64,000 nucleotides of DNA. It comes from Terriglobia bacterium. Its GTDB lineage: Bacteria > Acidobacteriota > Terriglobia > Acidiferrales > UBA7541. The notes under the pieces are model-generated. The model did no database searches. It was not told the origin of the DNA and was given only the letters and a program-made list of their open reading frames with translations. The translations under genes and the position numbers were made by a program. Location of the stretch: the NCBI GenBank assembly GCA_963695545.1, contig OY968796.1, forward strand, positions 2,336,001 through 2,400,000. The letters run 5' to 3'. This document shows positions 1 to 11,028 of this stretch, one piece after another (position 1 is the stretch's first letter; every line of letters starts with the position of its first letter).

Positions 1-1774
1 GGTTCCCCTGCAATTCCCGCTCGGCAAAGAAGGTTTCTTCATCGGCGTCATCGACTTCATCGAAGAAAATGTAATCGTTTGGCTTGAAGAAACTCTGGGC
101 GCGAAGTTCGAGATTTTTGAAGTCGCCAAGCTCTGGGACGCCGCGTTCGTCGCCAGCCGCCCGGACATCGCCGCAGCTCTAAAAATTTCCGCGATCGACG
201 AGACTTTCTACCGCGAGCATCGCGAAAAAGTCATCGAGTACATCGCCGAGCACGACGACGCCGTGCTCCATAAATATCTCGAAGAGCACGCACTGACGCC
301 GGCCGAACTGCGCGCCTCCGTGCGCCGCTCGACGATTGCCCTGAAGCTCGTGCCCGTTCTCGCAGGCTCAGCGTTCAAGAACAAAGGCATTCAGCCGCTG
401 CTCGATGCCATCGTCGATTATCTGCCGTCGCCTCTCGATGTGCCGCCGGTTGACGGCGTCTCGCTCGACGGCGAAGAGCCTCTGGTTCGCCGCGCATCCG
501 ACGATCAGCCATTCGCCGCGCTCGCGTTCAAGATTATGACCGACCCGTTCGTCGGCCACGTCACGTACATTCGCGTCTATTCCGGCGTTCTCAAATCCGG
601 CAGCTACGCTTACAACTCCTCGAAGCGCACGCGCGAGCGCATCGGCCGCCTCTTGCGCATGCACGCCAATAAGCGTGAAGAAATCGAAGCCGTTCACGCC
701 GGAGATATCGCCGCCGTTGTCGGCCTCAAAAGCGTAACCACCGGCGACACGCTGTGCGATGAAGATAAACCGATCATTCTTGAAGCCATCGAATTCCCCG
801 CACCCGTGATCTCCGTCGCCATCGAGCCCAAGACCAAAGCCGATCAGGACAAAATGGGCACCGCGCTCAGCAAGCTCGCGCAGGAAGATCCCACTTTCCG
901 CGTGCACACTGAACCGGACACCGGCCAAACCCTGATCTCCGGCATGGGCGAACTGCACCTTGAAATCATTGTCGATCGCATGATGCGCGAATTCGGTGTG
1001 CAGGCCACTGTCGGCCGTCCGCAGGTCGCGTATCGCGAAACGATTAAGCGCGAATCCGCCGCGGAAGGTAAATATATCCGTCAAACCGGCGGCCGCGGCC
1101 AATACGGCCATTGCAAGATCGAAGTGTATCCGCTGCCGAACGCCGGCCACGAGGACATGCACGAATTGTCCGTCGACGAACTCGACGCGCTCGCCAAGCA
1201 AGTCGCCGGTTCGGGCGGCAAATGGCGCTTCGACAAAGAGCATCGCTTCCTGTTCATCGACAAAATCGTCGGCGGCGCGATCCCCAAGGAATTTATCGCT
1301 CCCATCGAAGCCGGAATCCGCGAGGCTATGGATAACGGCGTGCTCGCTGGCTACGAAATGGTGGATATCGCCGTGAAGCTGGTCGACGGCAGCTATCACG
1401 ACGTAGACAGTTCGGAAATGGCCTTCAAAATCGCGGGTTCGATGGCCTTCAAGGAAGCCTGCCGCAAAGGCAAGCCGACTTTGCTCGAGCCCATCATGCG
1501 CATTGAAGTCGTCGTTCCTGAAGAATACATGGGCGAAGTCTACGGCGATCTGAATTCACGCCGCGGCCAGCCGCAGGGCACTGAAATCCGCGCGGGCAGC
1601 CAGATCATTCGCTGCGAGGTTCCTCTCGCCGAAATGTTCGGCTACGCCACCGATTTGCGCAGCCGCACGCAAGGACGCGGAAGTTTTTCGATGCATTTTT
1701 CGCATTATGCCGAGGCCCCGGCGAATGTCGCCGAAGAGGTTATCGGCAAGGCCACCGGCAAAGTGGTTCGCTAA
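1..1774 (+). CDS. fusA: Elongation factor G (5' truncated by window edge; frame open from nt 2)
   Basis: [45 protein letters not shown] motifs; directly upstream of tuf. Confidence 0.98.
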   Translation, partial: VPLQFPLGKEGFFIGVIDFIEENVIVWLEETLGAKFEIFEVAKLWDAAFVASRPDIAAALKISAIDETFYREHREKVIEYIAEHDDAVLHKYLEEHALTPAELRASVRRSTIALKLVPVLAGSAFKNKGIQPLLDAIVDYLPSPLDVPPVDGVSLDGEEPLVRRASDDQPFAALAFKIMTDPFVGHVTYIRVYSGVLKSGSYAYNSSKRTRERIGRLLRMHANKREEIEAVHAGDIAAVVGLKSVTTGDTLCDEDKPIILEAIEFPAPVISVAIEPKTKADQDKMGTALSKLAQEDPTFRVHTEPDTGQTLISGMGELHLEIIVDRMMREFGVQATVGRPQVAYRETIKRESAAEGKYIRQTGGRGQYGHCKIEVYPLPNAGHEDMHELSVDELDALAKQVAGSGGKWRFDKEHRFLFIDKIVGGAIPKEFIAPIEAGIREAMDNGVLAGYEMVDIAVKLVDGSYHDVDSSEMAFKIAGSMAFKEACRKGKPTLLEPIMRIEVVVPEEYMGEVYGDLNSRRGQPQGTEIRAGSQIIRCEVPLAEMFGYATDLRSRTQGRGSFSMHFSHYAEAPANVAEEVIGKATGKVVR

Positions 1775-1817
1775 CGCACCAGCAGGTTGTTCGACATTCT
1801 GAGGAGCAGAGGAAACG

Positions 1818-3005
1818 ATGGCGAAGGAAAAGTTTGAGCGGAGCAAGCCGCACGTAAATATCGGGACGATCGGTCACATCGATCACGGCAAGACCACCTT
1901 GACCGCGGCGATCACCAAAGTGCTCTCGAAGCACGATCCGAAGGTGCAGTTTCGCGCCTTCGATTCGATCGACAACGCTCCGGAAGAGCGCGAGCGCGGA
2001 ATCACCATCGCCGTGGCGCACGTGGAGTACGAGACGGCCAATCGCCACTACGCGCACATCGATTGCCCGGGCCACGCGGATTACATCAAGAACATGATCA
2101 CCGGCGCGGCGCAGATGGATGGCGCGATTCTGGTGGTTGCGGCAACCGATGGACCGATGCCGCAGACGCGCGAGCACATTCTCCTCGCGCGGCAAGTGGG
2201 CGTGCCGGCCATCGTGGTGTTCTTGAATAAGTGTGACTCGGTGGAAGATCCGGAACTTTTGGAACTGGTTGAACTGGAAGTGCGCGAGTTGCTCAAGAGC
2301 TATCAATATCCGGGCGACACGATTCCGGTGATTCGCGGCTCGGCCTTGGGCGCGCTCAATGGAGAAGAGAAGTGGGAGAAGAGCGTGCTTGAATTAATGG
2401 CCGCGGTGGATAAGAGCATTCCGTTGCCGGTGCGCGATGTGGACAAGCCGTTCGCCATGCCCATCGAAGATATTTTCTCAATCTCGGGACGCGGCACGGT
2501 GGTCACCGGGCGCGTGGAGCGCGGCAAGGTGAAGGTCGGGGAAGAAATTGAGATCGTGGGATTCCGACCGACGATGAAGCGCATCGTGACGGGCATCGAG
2601 ATGTTCCGCAAGTTGCTGGATGAAGGCATGGCGGGCGACAACGTAGGCTTGCTGCTGCGCGGCACGGAAAAAGAAGAAGTGGAGCGCGGGCAAGTGATCT
2701 GCAAGCCGGGTTCGATCACGCCGCACACGAAGTTCAAGGCCGAGGCGTACGTGCTGACGAAGGAAGAAGGCGGCCGGCACACGCCGTTTTTCACGGGATA
2801 CCGTCCGCAATTTTATTTCCGGACCACGGACGTTACGGGTGACGTGAAGTTGCCGGGCGGCGTGGAGATGGTGATGCCGGGCGACAACGTGGCCATGGAA
2901 ATCGCGTTGATCACGCCGGTGGCGTTAGAGAAGGGCTTGCGCTTCGCGATCCGCGAAGGCGGCCACACCGTCGGCGCCGGCGCCGTAACCGAGATCATCG
3001 AGTAA
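1818..3005 (+). CDS. tuf: Elongation factor Tu
   Basis: [41 protein letters not shown]. Confidence 0.99.
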   Translation: MAKEKFERSKPHVNIGTIGHIDHGKTTLTAAITKVLSKHDPKVQFRAFDSIDNAPEERERGITIAVAHVEYETANRHYAHIDCPGHADYIKNMITGAAQMDGAILVVAATDGPMPQTREHILLARQVGVPAIVVFLNKCDSVEDPELLELVELEVRELLKSYQYPGDTIPVIRGSALGALNGEEKWEKSVLELMAAVDKSIPLPVRDVDKPFAMPIEDIFSISGRGTVVTGRVERGKVKVGEEIEIVGFRPTMKRIVTGIEMFRKLLDEGMAGDNVGLLLRGTEKEEVERGQVICKPGSITPHTKFKAEAYVLTKEEGGRHTPFFTGYRPQFYFRTTDVTGDVKLPGGVEMVMPGDNVAMEIALITPVALEKGLRFAIREGGHTVGAGAVTEIIE

Positions 3006-3008
3006 CCT

Positions 3009-3347
3009 ATGCGCTCCGGAGAAAAAATTCGCATTCGTCTGAAAGCGTACGACCACCGGGTTCTGGACCAATCCACGCGCGAGATCGTGGATACGGCGCG
3101 CCGCACCGGCGCCGAAGTTGCCGGTCCGATCCCTTTGCCGACCACCATCAACCGCTGGACCGTGCTGCGCTCTCCGCACGTGGACAAGAAATCGCGCGAG
3201 CAATTCGAGATGCGCACGCATAAACGGCTGATCGACATCCTGGAACCCACGCCGGACACGGTCGACGCGCTGATGAAGCTCGATTTGCCGCCCGGTGTGG
3301 ACGTTGAAATCAAGGCTTTCGGGCGCGAACACGCGGTGAAATCGTAA
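3009..3347 (+). CDS. rpsJ: 30S ribosomal protein S10
   Basis: [34 protein letters not shown]. Confidence 0.98.
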   Translation: MRSGEKIRIRLKAYDHRVLDQSTREIVDTARRTGAEVAGPIPLPTTINRWTVLRSPHVDKKSREQFEMRTHKRLIDILEPTPDTVDALMKLDLPPGVDVEIKAFGREHAVKS

Positions 3348-3386
3348 TCGCGTAGCGAAAATTTCAGAAGCGAGACAAAGGCAACC

Positions 3387-4070
3387 ATGGCAGTCAACGG
3401 AATTCTGGGAATCAAATTGGGGATGGCGCAGGTCTTCGGCGAAGACGGCGCGGCCATCGGCTGCACCGTTCTCCAAGCCGGGCCGTGCGTCGTCGTGCAG
3501 CGCCGCACCAAACTAAAAGACGGTTACGACGCCGCGCAATTGGGTTTGGTTGAATTCATTAAGCCGCAGCGCGTCAACAAAGCCATGACCGGCCATTTCA
3601 AAAAAGCCGATGTCGCGCCGCTCAAGCGATTGGGCGAAGTGCGCATCGACGATTCCGCCGACGAAACCAAAGCCGGCGATCGCGTTTTGGTCGATCGCTT
3701 TGCGCCTGGCGATCTGGTTGACGTCACGGGCGTCAGCAAGGGCAAGGGATTTGCCGGCGGCGTGAAGCGCTGGCACTTCCGCGGCGGCGACGCCACGCAC
3801 GGCTCGATGTTTCATCGCGCGCCGGGCGGAATTGGCGGCAGTTCGTTTCCGTCGCGCGTCTGGCCCGGCCAGCATTTTCCGGGGCACATGGGCCACGAGC
3901 AGGTCACCGCGCAAAATCTCAAAGTCGTCAAGGTTGACGCTGAAGAGAATTTGCTTCTCGTGCGCGGCTCGGTGCCAGGACCAAACGGCACTTGCATCAT
4001 GATTCGCAAAGCGAAAAAGTTCCGTAAGCCGGTAATGAAGATCGAACCGAAGGCCAAAGCGAAGAAGTAG
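3387..4070 (+). CDS. rplC: 50S ribosomal protein L3
   Basis: [25 protein letters not shown]10 operon order. Confidence 0.98.
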   Translation: MAVNGILGIKLGMAQVFGEDGAAIGCTVLQAGPCVVVQRRTKLKDGYDAAQLGLVEFIKPQRVNKAMTGHFKKADVAPLKRLGEVRIDDSADETKAGDRVLVDRFAPGDLVDVTGVSKGKGFAGGVKRWHFRGGDATHGSMFHRAPGGIGGSSFPSRVWPGQHFPGHMGHEQVTAQNLKVVKVDAEENLLLVRGSVPGPNGTCIMIRKAKKFRKPVMKIEPKAKAKK

Positions 4071-4115
4071 CAAGCGAAACGAAACGCACAACGCATTACG
4101 AAGGGCGCGACGACA

Positions 4116-4964
4116 ATGCCGGTAGTGGACGTCAAAAATTTGCAGGGCAAGACGGTGGGCCAGTTCGAGCTGTCTGACGCCGTCTTTGGCGCGCGCATCA
4201 ATCAGAACCTGCTGCACGAAACTGTGCGTTGGTATCTCGCCTGGCAGCGCGCCGGCACGCACAAAGTCAAAGGGCGCGGTGAAGTTTCCGGCTCCGGCAA
4301 GAAACTGTGGCGGCAGAAAGGCACCGGCCGCGCGCGCGTCGGTTCGATTCGCAGTTCGATTTGGCGCAAGGGCGGCACGGTTCATGGGCCTGTCCCCCGC
4401 AGCTACGCGTATCGCTTGCCGAAAAAGATTCGTCTTGGCGCATTGCGCTCCGCGCTTTCGGCGAAATTGGCGGCCGAAAAACTAACAATCGTCGACGATT
4501 GGGCGCTTGAAACGCACAAGACCAAAGCGTTTCGCGAGGTCCTCGATCGATTGGACGGCGAAACGAAAACGATCTTGCTCGTGAATCTCGAAAGCAACAG
4601 CAATCTCGAGCGAGCCAGCCGGAATCTTGAGGGCGTGAAGCTGATTTCTCCGAAGGGCCTCGAAGTGTACGACTTGCTCCGCCACGATCGGCTGATGCTT
4701 TCAAAGCAGGCAGCCGAGCGCCTTGGCCAATCTCTCGGCGGCGGGCGTCCTGCCGATGCGGACGAAGTCGTGCAAATCGATTTGGCGCCGCAAGCGGCTC
4801 CGGCGAAGGCGAGCGAGCACGCCGCGACGGAAAAACCCAAGAAGGCGCACGCGGCAAAGGCGGCTTCAGTGCACAAGTCGGCTCATAAGGCCGCCGCAGG
4901 CAAGGCGCACGCGAAATCTGCGAAAGCGCCCAGCAAACCGCGCGGCAAAGGGAAAAAGGATTAG
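4116..4964 (+). CDS. rplD: 50S ribosomal protein L4 with long Ala/Lys/His-rich C-terminal extension
   Basis: RAGTHKVKGRGEVSGSGKKLWRQKGTGRAR motif. Confidence 0.97.
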   Translation: MPVVDVKNLQGKTVGQFELSDAVFGARINQNLLHETVRWYLAWQRAGTHKVKGRGEVSGSGKKLWRQKGTGRARVGSIRSSIWRKGGTVHGPVPRSYAYRLPKKIRLGALRSALSAKLAAEKLTIVDDWALETHKTKAFREVLDRLDGETKTILLVNLESNSNLERASRNLEGVKLISPKGLEVYDLLRHDRLMLSKQAAERLGQSLGGGRPADADEVVQIDLAPQAAPAKASEHAATEKPKKAHAAKAASVHKSAHKAAAGKAHAKSAKAPSKPRGKGKKD

Positions 4965-4967
4965 CAC

Positions 4968-5264
4968 ATGGCGCTCACCATCTACCAAATCATTCGCCGG
5001 CCGATCATCACCGAAAAAGGTCTCGGCGTGAGAGAGACGCAGCACACCGCGGTGTTCGAGGTCGCGAAAGACGCCACCAAGACGCAGATCAAGGAAGCGG
5101 TGCAAAAAGTATTTCAAGTAAAAGTGGCCGAAGTGCGCACCGCGATTTTTCACGGCAAGTTCCGCCGCCGCGGGCGCTCCGGCGGGCACAGACGCGATTG
5201 GAAGAAGGCCTACGTCAAGTTGAAAGCCGGCGAAAAGATGATTGAGTACGGCGAGACTTCGTAG
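4968..5264 (+). CDS. rplW: 50S ribosomal protein L23
   Basis: PIITEK, ATKTQIKEAVQKVF, WKKAYVKL. Confidence 0.97.
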   Translation: MALTIYQIIRRPIITEKGLGVRETQHTAVFEVAKDATKTQIKEAVQKVFQVKVAEVRTAIFHGKFRRRGRSGGHRRDWKKAYVKLKAGEKMIEYGETS

Positions 5265-5285
5265 ACGCGTGAAAGGCGAACGATC

Positions 5286-6107
5286 ATGGCGATAAAAAGT
5301 TTCCGGCCCTACACGGCATCGCGCCGCTTCTTGACCATGCTCGATAAGAGCGAGATCACCAAGCAGACGCCGGAGAAATCGCTGCTCGACGTGAAGAATC
5401 GCACCGGCGGGCGCAACGCGCACGGCGAAATCACCATGTGGCATCGTGGTGGCGGACACAAGCAGCAGTATCGCAACATCGATTTTCGCCGCGACAAAAA
5501 GGGAATTCCCGCGCGCGTGGCTTCGATCGAATATGACCCGAACCGTTCGGCGCGCCTCGCCCTGCTGCACTACGCCGATGGCGAGAAGCGCTACATTTTG
5601 CATCCTGTGGGTCTTGAAGTCGGCATGACGGTTTCGACTGGCGAAGGCGCCGACATTCTGCCCGGCAACGCGATGCCGATTCGGTTCATTCCGCCCGGCA
5701 CGCAGGTTCACAATCTTGAGCTTTATCCCGGCAAGGGCGCGCAAGTCGTGCGCTCCGCCGGCGGCTCGGCGCAATTGCTCTCGAAAGAAGGCGACATCGC
5801 GCTTGTGAAGTTGCCGTCGGGTGAAATCAGAAAATTTCGCCTGGATTGCATGGCCACCATCGGCCAGGTCGGCAATCTCGATCATGAGAACGTCACTTAC
5901 GGTAAAGCCGGCCGCACGCGCTGGCATGGCGTCCGGCCAACCGTGCGCGGCGTGGCCATGAACCCGGTGGATCATCCGCACGGCGGCGGTGAAGGTCGCG
6001 TGAAAGGAAATCATCCGGTCACGCCGTGGGCGTTTCCGACCTTGGGCGCGAAGACGCGCCGCAGTAAGCGCGCCGATCGCGTGATTGTGCAGCGCCGCAA
6101 ACCATAG
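5286..6107 (+). CDS. rplB: 50S ribosomal protein L2
   Basis: [31 protein letters not shown]. Confidence 0.99.
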   Translation: MAIKSFRPYTASRRFLTMLDKSEITKQTPEKSLLDVKNRTGGRNAHGEITMWHRGGGHKQQYRNIDFRRDKKGIPARVASIEYDPNRSARLALLHYADGEKRYILHPVGLEVGMTVSTGEGADILPGNAMPIRFIPPGTQVHNLELYPGKGAQVVRSAGGSAQLLSKEGDIALVKLPSGEIRKFRLDCMATIGQVGNLDHENVTYGKAGRTRWHGVRPTVRGVAMNPVDHPHGGGEGRVKGNHPVTPWAFPTLGAKTRRSKRADRVIVQRRKP

Positions 6108-6176
6108 CGGCCTCAAAAAAATTTGAGGAATCACCCGGAAGGTTAGTTGACGAGCGAGGCGAAAAAGGAAGGCATT

Positions 6177-6485
6177 ATGAGCGCAAACAGAAACAGAACT
6201 CGGCGGGCAGTGGCACGGCACATCGCGCGCGGAGCCAAGCGCGCTCGCCCCGCGGCGAGCGCAAAGGCCGCGCCGAAGCATGTCGTTCCCGCGCCGCCGC
6301 AGGTGGTGCTCTACCGGCTGTGCAAGGCAGGTTGGGCCGTCACGGTGGAGCGCGCGCCAAGCGCGCAAGGCACGCGTTTTGTCTGCCCGTTTTGCCCGGT
6401 CTCGCATCGCGTGCCCGGACCCGTGCGCGGTTTTCGCAAGATGCGCCGCGCGCAGTGGGTGAAGTTGCGTCACGTCGAAAGTTAA
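6177..6485 (+). CDS. Hypothetical 102-aa basic protein with Cys...CxxC-x3-H, inserted between rplB and rpsS
   Basis: ATG at 6177 preceded by AAAAGGAAGG; GC-rich third positions like neighbours; stop 15 nt before the rpsS ATG. Confidence 0.7.
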   Translation: MSANRNRTRRAVARHIARGAKRARPAASAKAAPKHVVPAPPQVVLYRLCKAGWAVTVERAPSAQGTRFVCPFCPVSHRVPGPVRGFRKMRRAQWVKLRHVES

Positions 6486-6500
6486 TTTTAAGGAACCAGG

Positions 6501-6866
6501 ATGCCACGCTCACTGAAAAAGGGCCCGTTCATCGACGACCATCTGCGCGTCAAGGTGGAAGCGTTGAACGTGCGCAACGAAAAGAAAGTGATCAAGACGT
6601 GGTCGCGCCGCTCGACGATTTTGCCCGAAATGATCGGCCACACCATCGCCGTGCATAACGGCAGAAAATTTATTCCGGTGTACGTCACCGAGCAAATGGT
6701 CGGCCACCGTCTCGGCGAATTTGCGCCGACGCGTACGTTCAAAGGCCACGCGGTAAAAGTCGCGCTTGAACGCGCCGCGTCGCTGGCAGGCGCGCCCGGC
6801 GGCGCTGCGCCCGGTGCGGCGCCGGCCGGTGGTGCATCCGCGCCTCCTTCGGCGCCCAAGGCATAG
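6501..6866 (+). CDS. rpsS: 30S ribosomal protein S19 (Ala/Pro/Gly C-terminal tail)
   Basis: [31 protein letters not shown]. Confidence 0.98.
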   Translation: MPRSLKKGPFIDDHLRVKVEALNVRNEKKVIKTWSRRSTILPEMIGHTIAVHNGRKFIPVYVTEQMVGHRLGEFAPTRTFKGHAVKVALERAASLAGAPGGAAPGAAPAGGASAPPSAPKA

Positions 6867-6869
6867 ACC

Positions 6870-7415
6870 ATGGCGATCGAAACATCTACGGTACACAGTT
6901 CGGCTGCGGCCACGGCCACAGCTCCGGTGATCGAAGCGCGGGCCATGGCCAAGCACGTGCGCATGTCTCCGCAGAAAGTGCGCTTGGTTATCGATTTGAT
7001 TCGCGGCGAACGCGCTGAAAGCGCCTTGCAGATTTTGAAGTTCACACAAAAGCGCGCCTCGCGCGATGTTGAAAAAGTGCTGCGCAGCGCGATTGCCAAT
7101 GCCGAGCGTAAGGCCGAAGACGCCGGCGCGACGCTTGACGTCGATCAATTATTCGTCTCGCAGTGTTTTGTGAATGAAGGTTCGCGCTGGAAGCGGCTGC
7201 GCCCCGCGCCGATGGGCCGCGCGTTCCGCTATCAGCGGCGCACAAGTCACATCGTCGTCGGCGTGGCCGAGCACCATCTGGCCGCGCGCGATCGCGCCGT
7301 CGAAGCTGCGGCCGAAGCGGAATCGCACAAGGGCGTGCGCGGCGCGGTTAAGAAAGCGCGTCAAGCGCTGGTGGGCAAGAAAAAACCCGCGCGTCCGTCG
7401 AAGAAAGTGAAGTAG
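6870..7415 (+). CDS. rplV: 50S ribosomal protein L22 (N- and C-terminal extensions)
   Basis: VRMSPQKVRLVIDLIRG, SAIANAE, RTSHI. Confidence 0.97.
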   Translation: MAIETSTVHSSAAATATAPVIEARAMAKHVRMSPQKVRLVIDLIRGERAESALQILKFTQKRASRDVEKVLRSAIANAERKAEDAGATLDVDQLFVSQCFVNEGSRWKRLRPAPMGRAFRYQRRTSHIVVGVAEHHLAARDRAVEAAAEAESHKGVRGAVKKARQALVGKKKPARPSKKVK

Positions 7416-7424
7416 GAGGAAACT

Positions 7425-8102
7425 TTGGGTCAGAAGACACATCCCTACGGATTTCGGCTGGGCTACAACAAGGCTTGGAAGTCGCGCTGGTACGCCGATC
7501 GCGATTACGCCAACTTGTTGCACGAAGACGTCGTGCTGCGCCGCCAATTGAAAGATCGCCTGAAAGCCGCGGGAATCAGCTCGATTGAAATCGAGCGCGC
7601 CGCCAACAAATTGTTGATCCGGCTCTACACCGCGCGGCCCGGCATCATCATCGGCCGCAAAGGCTCGGAAATTGAAAAGCTGAAGACCGAAGTTCAAAAA
7701 CGCACCAAGCGCGAAGTGCACATGGACATTCTTGAAGTTCACCGGCCGGAACTCGATGCGCAGCTCGTGGCCGAATCGATCGCGTTGCAACTTGAAAAGC
7801 GCGTGGCCTTTCGCCGCGCGATGCGCAAGGCCGTTGATTCTGCGCTGCGCTTCGGATGCAAGGGAATCAAAGTTCGTGTCGCGGGGCGCCTGAATGGCGC
7901 CGAGATCGCGCGCAAGGAATGGTATCTGCAAGGCCGCTTGCCGCTGCAAACGCTGCGCGCCGACATCGACTACGGTCTCGCTGAGGCGCACACGTCATAC
8001 GGCGTGATCGGCGTGAAATGCTGGATCTATCAGGGCGAAAGCATTCCGCAGCGTGGAAATAGCGCCGGCAGCAAGGGCAAAGAAACCGTCGCCGCGGATT
8101 GA
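7425..8102 (+). CDS. rpsC: 30S ribosomal protein S3 (TTG start)
   Basis: [42 protein letters not shown]. Confidence 0.98.
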   Translation: MGQKTHPYGFRLGYNKAWKSRWYADRDYANLLHEDVVLRRQLKDRLKAAGISSIEIERAANKLLIRLYTARPGIIIGRKGSEIEKLKTEVQKRTKREVHMDILEVHRPELDAQLVAESIALQLEKRVAFRRAMRKAVDSALRFGCKGIKVRVAGRLNGAEIARKEWYLQGRLPLQTLRADIDYGLAEAHTSYGVIGVKCWIYQGESIPQRGNSAGSKGKETVAAD

Positions 8103-8145
8103 TTCGGCGAACCGAACTTATTAAAGATTCTTAAGGACCACGACG

Positions 8146-8562
8146 ATGTTGATGCCCAAGAAAGTGAAGTATCGCAAACAGCAGCGCGGTCGCCGCGCCG
8201 GCAAAGCCTGGCGCGGAGGCACGCTCGCGTTCGGCGAGTACGGCTTGAAAGCCATGGAGCCGGCTTGGATCACCGACCGCCAAATCGAAGCGGCGCGCGT
8301 GGCCATCACGCGTTTCATCAAGCGCGGCGGAAAACTTTGGATTCGCATTTTCCCGGACAAGCCTTTCACCAAGAAGCCCGCGGAAACCCGCATGGGCAAA
8401 GGCAAAGGCGCGCCGGAGCGCTGGGTCGCGGTCGTAAAGCCCGGCCGCGTGATGTTTGAAATGTCGGGTGTCGATTTGGCGACGGCTACCGAAGCTATGG
8501 AGCTCGCGGCGCACAAACTGCCCATTCATACGCGCTTCGTCAGCCGCGCGGGGAGTCTCTGA
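8146..8562 (+). CDS. rplP: 50S ribosomal protein L16
   Basis: [23 protein letters not shown]. Confidence 0.98.
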   Translation: MLMPKKVKYRKQQRGRRAGKAWRGGTLAFGEYGLKAMEPAWITDRQIEAARVAITRFIKRGGKLWIRIFPDKPFTKKPAETRMGKGKGAPERWVAVVKPGRVMFEMSGVDLATATEAMELAAHKLPIHTRFVSRAGSL

Positions 8563-8774
8563 TGCCGCGCAGAGCCGAGAAATTGCACGATCAGAATACC
8601 AGCGAGTTGCAAGCGCGCGAAAAGGAACTCGCCGAGCAGATGTTTCGCCTGCGCTTTCAGATCACTTCGGGCCAGGCGGAAGCGGTCACGAAATTGCGCA
8701 TCGCACGCAAAGATTTGGCGCGCGTAAAAACCGTGCTGCGAGAGCGTGAATTGAGGGAAGCGCATGCCCACTGA
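8562..8774 (+). CDS. rpmC: 50S ribosomal protein L29
   Basis: FRLRFQ, RKDLARVKTVLRE; operon position. Confidence 0.95.
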   Translation: MPRRAEKLHDQNTSELQAREKELAEQMFRLRFQITSGQAEAVTKLRIARKDLARVKTVLRERELREAHAH

Positions 8775-9063
8775 AACAAACACACAGCCCGTCGCCGCGC
8801 CGGTGCGCCCGCCGCGCCAGCAGCTTGTCGGCATCGTCACCAGCTCGAAGATGCAGAAGACCATCGTCGTCAAGGTCGCGCGTTTGGTCAGGCACCGCAT
8901 CTATCAGCGCGTGATCAAGAAGACCAAGAAATTTTACGCGCACGATGAAGAAGGCGAAGCGCGCGTTGGCGATCGCGTGCGCATTGTTTCCACGCGCCCG
9001 CTCTCGAAGCTGAAGCGCTGGCGCTTGGCGGAAGTGATTGCGCGCAAAAATAGGGCCGCTTAG
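8764..9063 (+). CDS. rpsQ: 30S ribosomal protein S17
   Basis: KMQKTIVV, AHDE, TRPLSKLKRW. Confidence 0.97.
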   Translation: MPTETNTQPVAAPVRPPRQQLVGIVTSSKMQKTIVVKVARLVRHRIYQRVIKKTKKFYAHDEEGEARVGDRVRIVSTRPLSKLKRWRLAEVIARKNRAA

Positions 9064-9108
9064 CTCGCGCGAGCGCGCTAACCGAACGGATCGGGTGAGG
9101 AGCAGCAA

Positions 9109-9477
9109 ATGGTTCAGATGAGAAGTTGGTTGACGGTGGCCGATAATTCCGGTGCGCGTCGCCTGATGTGTATTTTGCCGCTTGGCGGAGACGCTGGCAG
9201 CCGCGCCGGTCTCGGCGACGTCATAACCGCGTCGGTCAAGGAAGCGGCGCCGGACAGCCCGATCAAGAAGGGCAAAGTTGTGCGCGCCGTTGTCGTGCGC
9301 ACGCGCAAAGAGCATCGCCGTCGCGATGGCACCTACATTCGCTTTGACGACAATGCCGCCGTGCTGATCAACGACGCGAACGAACCCGTCGGCACGCGCG
9401 TGTTCGGCCCGGTCGCGCGCGAACTACGCGGAAAAAAATTCGCCAAAATCGTTTCGCTGGCGCCGGAAGTTTGGTGA
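9109..9477 (+). CDS. rplN: 50S ribosomal protein L14
   Basis: [25 protein letters not shown]. Confidence 0.98.
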   Translation: MVQMRSWLTVADNSGARRLMCILPLGGDAGSRAGLGDVITASVKEAAPDSPIKKGKVVRAVVVRTRKEHRRRDGTYIRFDDNAAVLINDANEPVGTRVFGPVARELRGKKFAKIVSLAPEVW

Positions 9478-9491
9478 GGGATTAGGCAAAC

Positions 9492-9842
9492 ATGAAGAAC
9501 CGATTCGTGCAAACACCCTCCGCGGCCGGATTGCGCAAAGGAGATCAAGTGCGCGTCATGGCCGGGCGGGACAAAGGGAAAGAAGGCCGCGTGCTCTTCG
9601 TCGACGCGCGGCGCCGACGCGTCACCGTCGAGCACGCCAACATGATCAAGCGTGCCACGCGCGCCGATTCCTCGAAGAATATCAAGGGCGGCGTGGTTGA
9701 ACGCGAAGCGTCGATCGACATCTCGAACGTGATGATTGTTTGCCCGTCGTGCAACAAGCACGCGCGCATCGGCCGCAAAGAAATGCCGGATGGCACCACG
9801 GTTCGAGTTTGCCGCCGCTGCGGCACAACGCTCGAGAAGTAA
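9492..9842 (+). CDS. rplX: 50S ribosomal protein L24 (two CxxC motifs)
   Basis: KOW motif RKGDQVRVMAGRDKGKEG; ISNVMIVCPSC...CRRC. Confidence 0.96.
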   Translation: MKNRFVQTPSAAGLRKGDQVRVMAGRDKGKEGRVLFVDARRRRVTVEHANMIKRATRADSSKNIKGGVVEREASIDISNVMIVCPSCNKHARIGRKEMPDGTTVRVCRRCGTTLEK

Positions 9843-9875
9843 CGAATTAAGAAGAAGGGCAGGAGACAGTACGCG

Positions 9876-10418
9876 ATGATCAGCAGAATGCAACAGCGCT
9901 ACCGCACCGACGTCGTTCCGGCGTTGATGAAGCGCTTTGGACTGAAAAATCCGATGGCCGTGCCCAAAGTCGCCAAAGTCGTCGTCAATATTGGCTTGGG
10001 CGAAGCCAGCCAGAACGTCAAGTTGCTCGACGTTGCGGCGCTTGAGCTTGGCCAGATCACCGGGCAACGCGCGGTCGTCACCCGCGCCAAGAAGTCCATC
10101 GCGAATTTCAAAATTCGCCGCGGCATGCCGATCGGCTGTTGCGTCACTTTGCGCGGCGATCGCATGTACGAATTCCTGGACCGCCTGTGCAACGTAGTCC
10201 TGCCGCGTGTGCGCGATTTCAAGGGCCTTTCGCCCAACGCGTTCGATGGCCGCGGCAATTTCACTCTCGGCCTGAAGGACCAGCTTGTGTTTCCGGAAAT
10301 TGACTACACGCGCGTGGGCAAGATCAAGGGGATGAACATCACCCTCACCACCACCGCGAAAAATGACGAGGAAGGCCGCGAGCTGCTGCGCCTGTTGGGC
10401 GTGCCGCTGCGCACCTAA
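9876..10418 (+). CDS. rplE: 50S ribosomal protein L5
   Basis: [26 protein letters not shown]. Confidence 0.98.
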   Translation: MISRMQQRYRTDVVPALMKRFGLKNPMAVPKVAKVVVNIGLGEASQNVKLLDVAALELGQITGQRAVVTRAKKSIANFKIRRGMPIGCCVTLRGDRMYEFLDRLCNVVLPRVRDFKGLSPNAFDGRGNFTLGLKDQLVFPEIDYTRVGKIKGMNITLTTTAKNDEEGRELLRLLGVPLRT

Positions 10419-10430
10419 AAGGGAGAACCG

Positions 10431-10617
10431 ATGGCGCGATTGAGTCAATTCGCGAAGATGCGCAAGAAGCCGAAGTTCAAGGTGCGCGTGCGCAACCGCT
10501 GCCGCGTTTGCGGCCGTCCGCGCGGCTATCTGCGCAAGTTCCAGATGTGCCGCATCTGTTTCCGCGGCTTCGCGCTGCAAGGGCGAAATCCCCGGCGTCG
10601 TGAAAGCGAGCTGGTAA
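10431..10617 (+). CDS. rpsN: 30S ribosomal protein S14, Zn-binding type; one extra G near 10582 gives an apparent fusion to rpsH
   Basis: [10 protein letters not shown]...MCRIC; removing one G restores [14 protein letters not shown] and a 61-aa protein. Confidence 0.93.
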
Positions 10618-10619
10618 GC

Positions 10620-11018
10620 ATGCAAACTGATCCGATCGCCGATCTGCTCACGCGCATTCGCAACGCAGTGCGCGCCAAGCACGCGCGTGTGGACGTGCCG
10701 GCTTCGCGCTTGAAAGTTGAAATCGCGCGCATTTTGAAAGAAGAAGGCTACATCTCGACCTACAAGCTGGTCGAAGAGAACAAAACGCGCCGGACGTTGC
10801 GCGTTTTTCTCAAGTACACCACCGATCGCCGCAGCGTGATCACCGATCTCAAGCGTGTCTCGCGCCCTGGCAGCCGCCGCTATACCGGCTCGTCGGAGAT
10901 TCGCGCGGTTGTCGGCGGCATGGGCATCAACATCTTGACCACGCCCAAGGGCCTGATGACCGGCCGCGCGGCGCGCAAAGCGCGCGTGGGCGGCGAATTG
11001 CTCTGCGAGGTCTGGTAG
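10620..11018 (+). CDS. rpsH: 30S ribosomal protein S8
   Basis: [29 protein letters not shown]. Confidence 0.97.
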   Translation: MQTDPIADLLTRIRNAVRAKHARVDVPASRLKVEIARILKEEGYISTYKLVEENKTRRTLRVFLKYTTDRRSVITDLKRVSRPGSRRYTGSSEIRAVVGGMGINILTTPKGLMTGRAARKARVGGELLCEVW

Positions 11019-11028
11019 GCAAGAATCT

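Noticed and set aside
10431..11018. Apparent S14-S8 fusion protein (195 aa)
   Set aside because: One extra G removes the S14 stop; the normal S14 C-terminus and TAA are present in the shifted frame.
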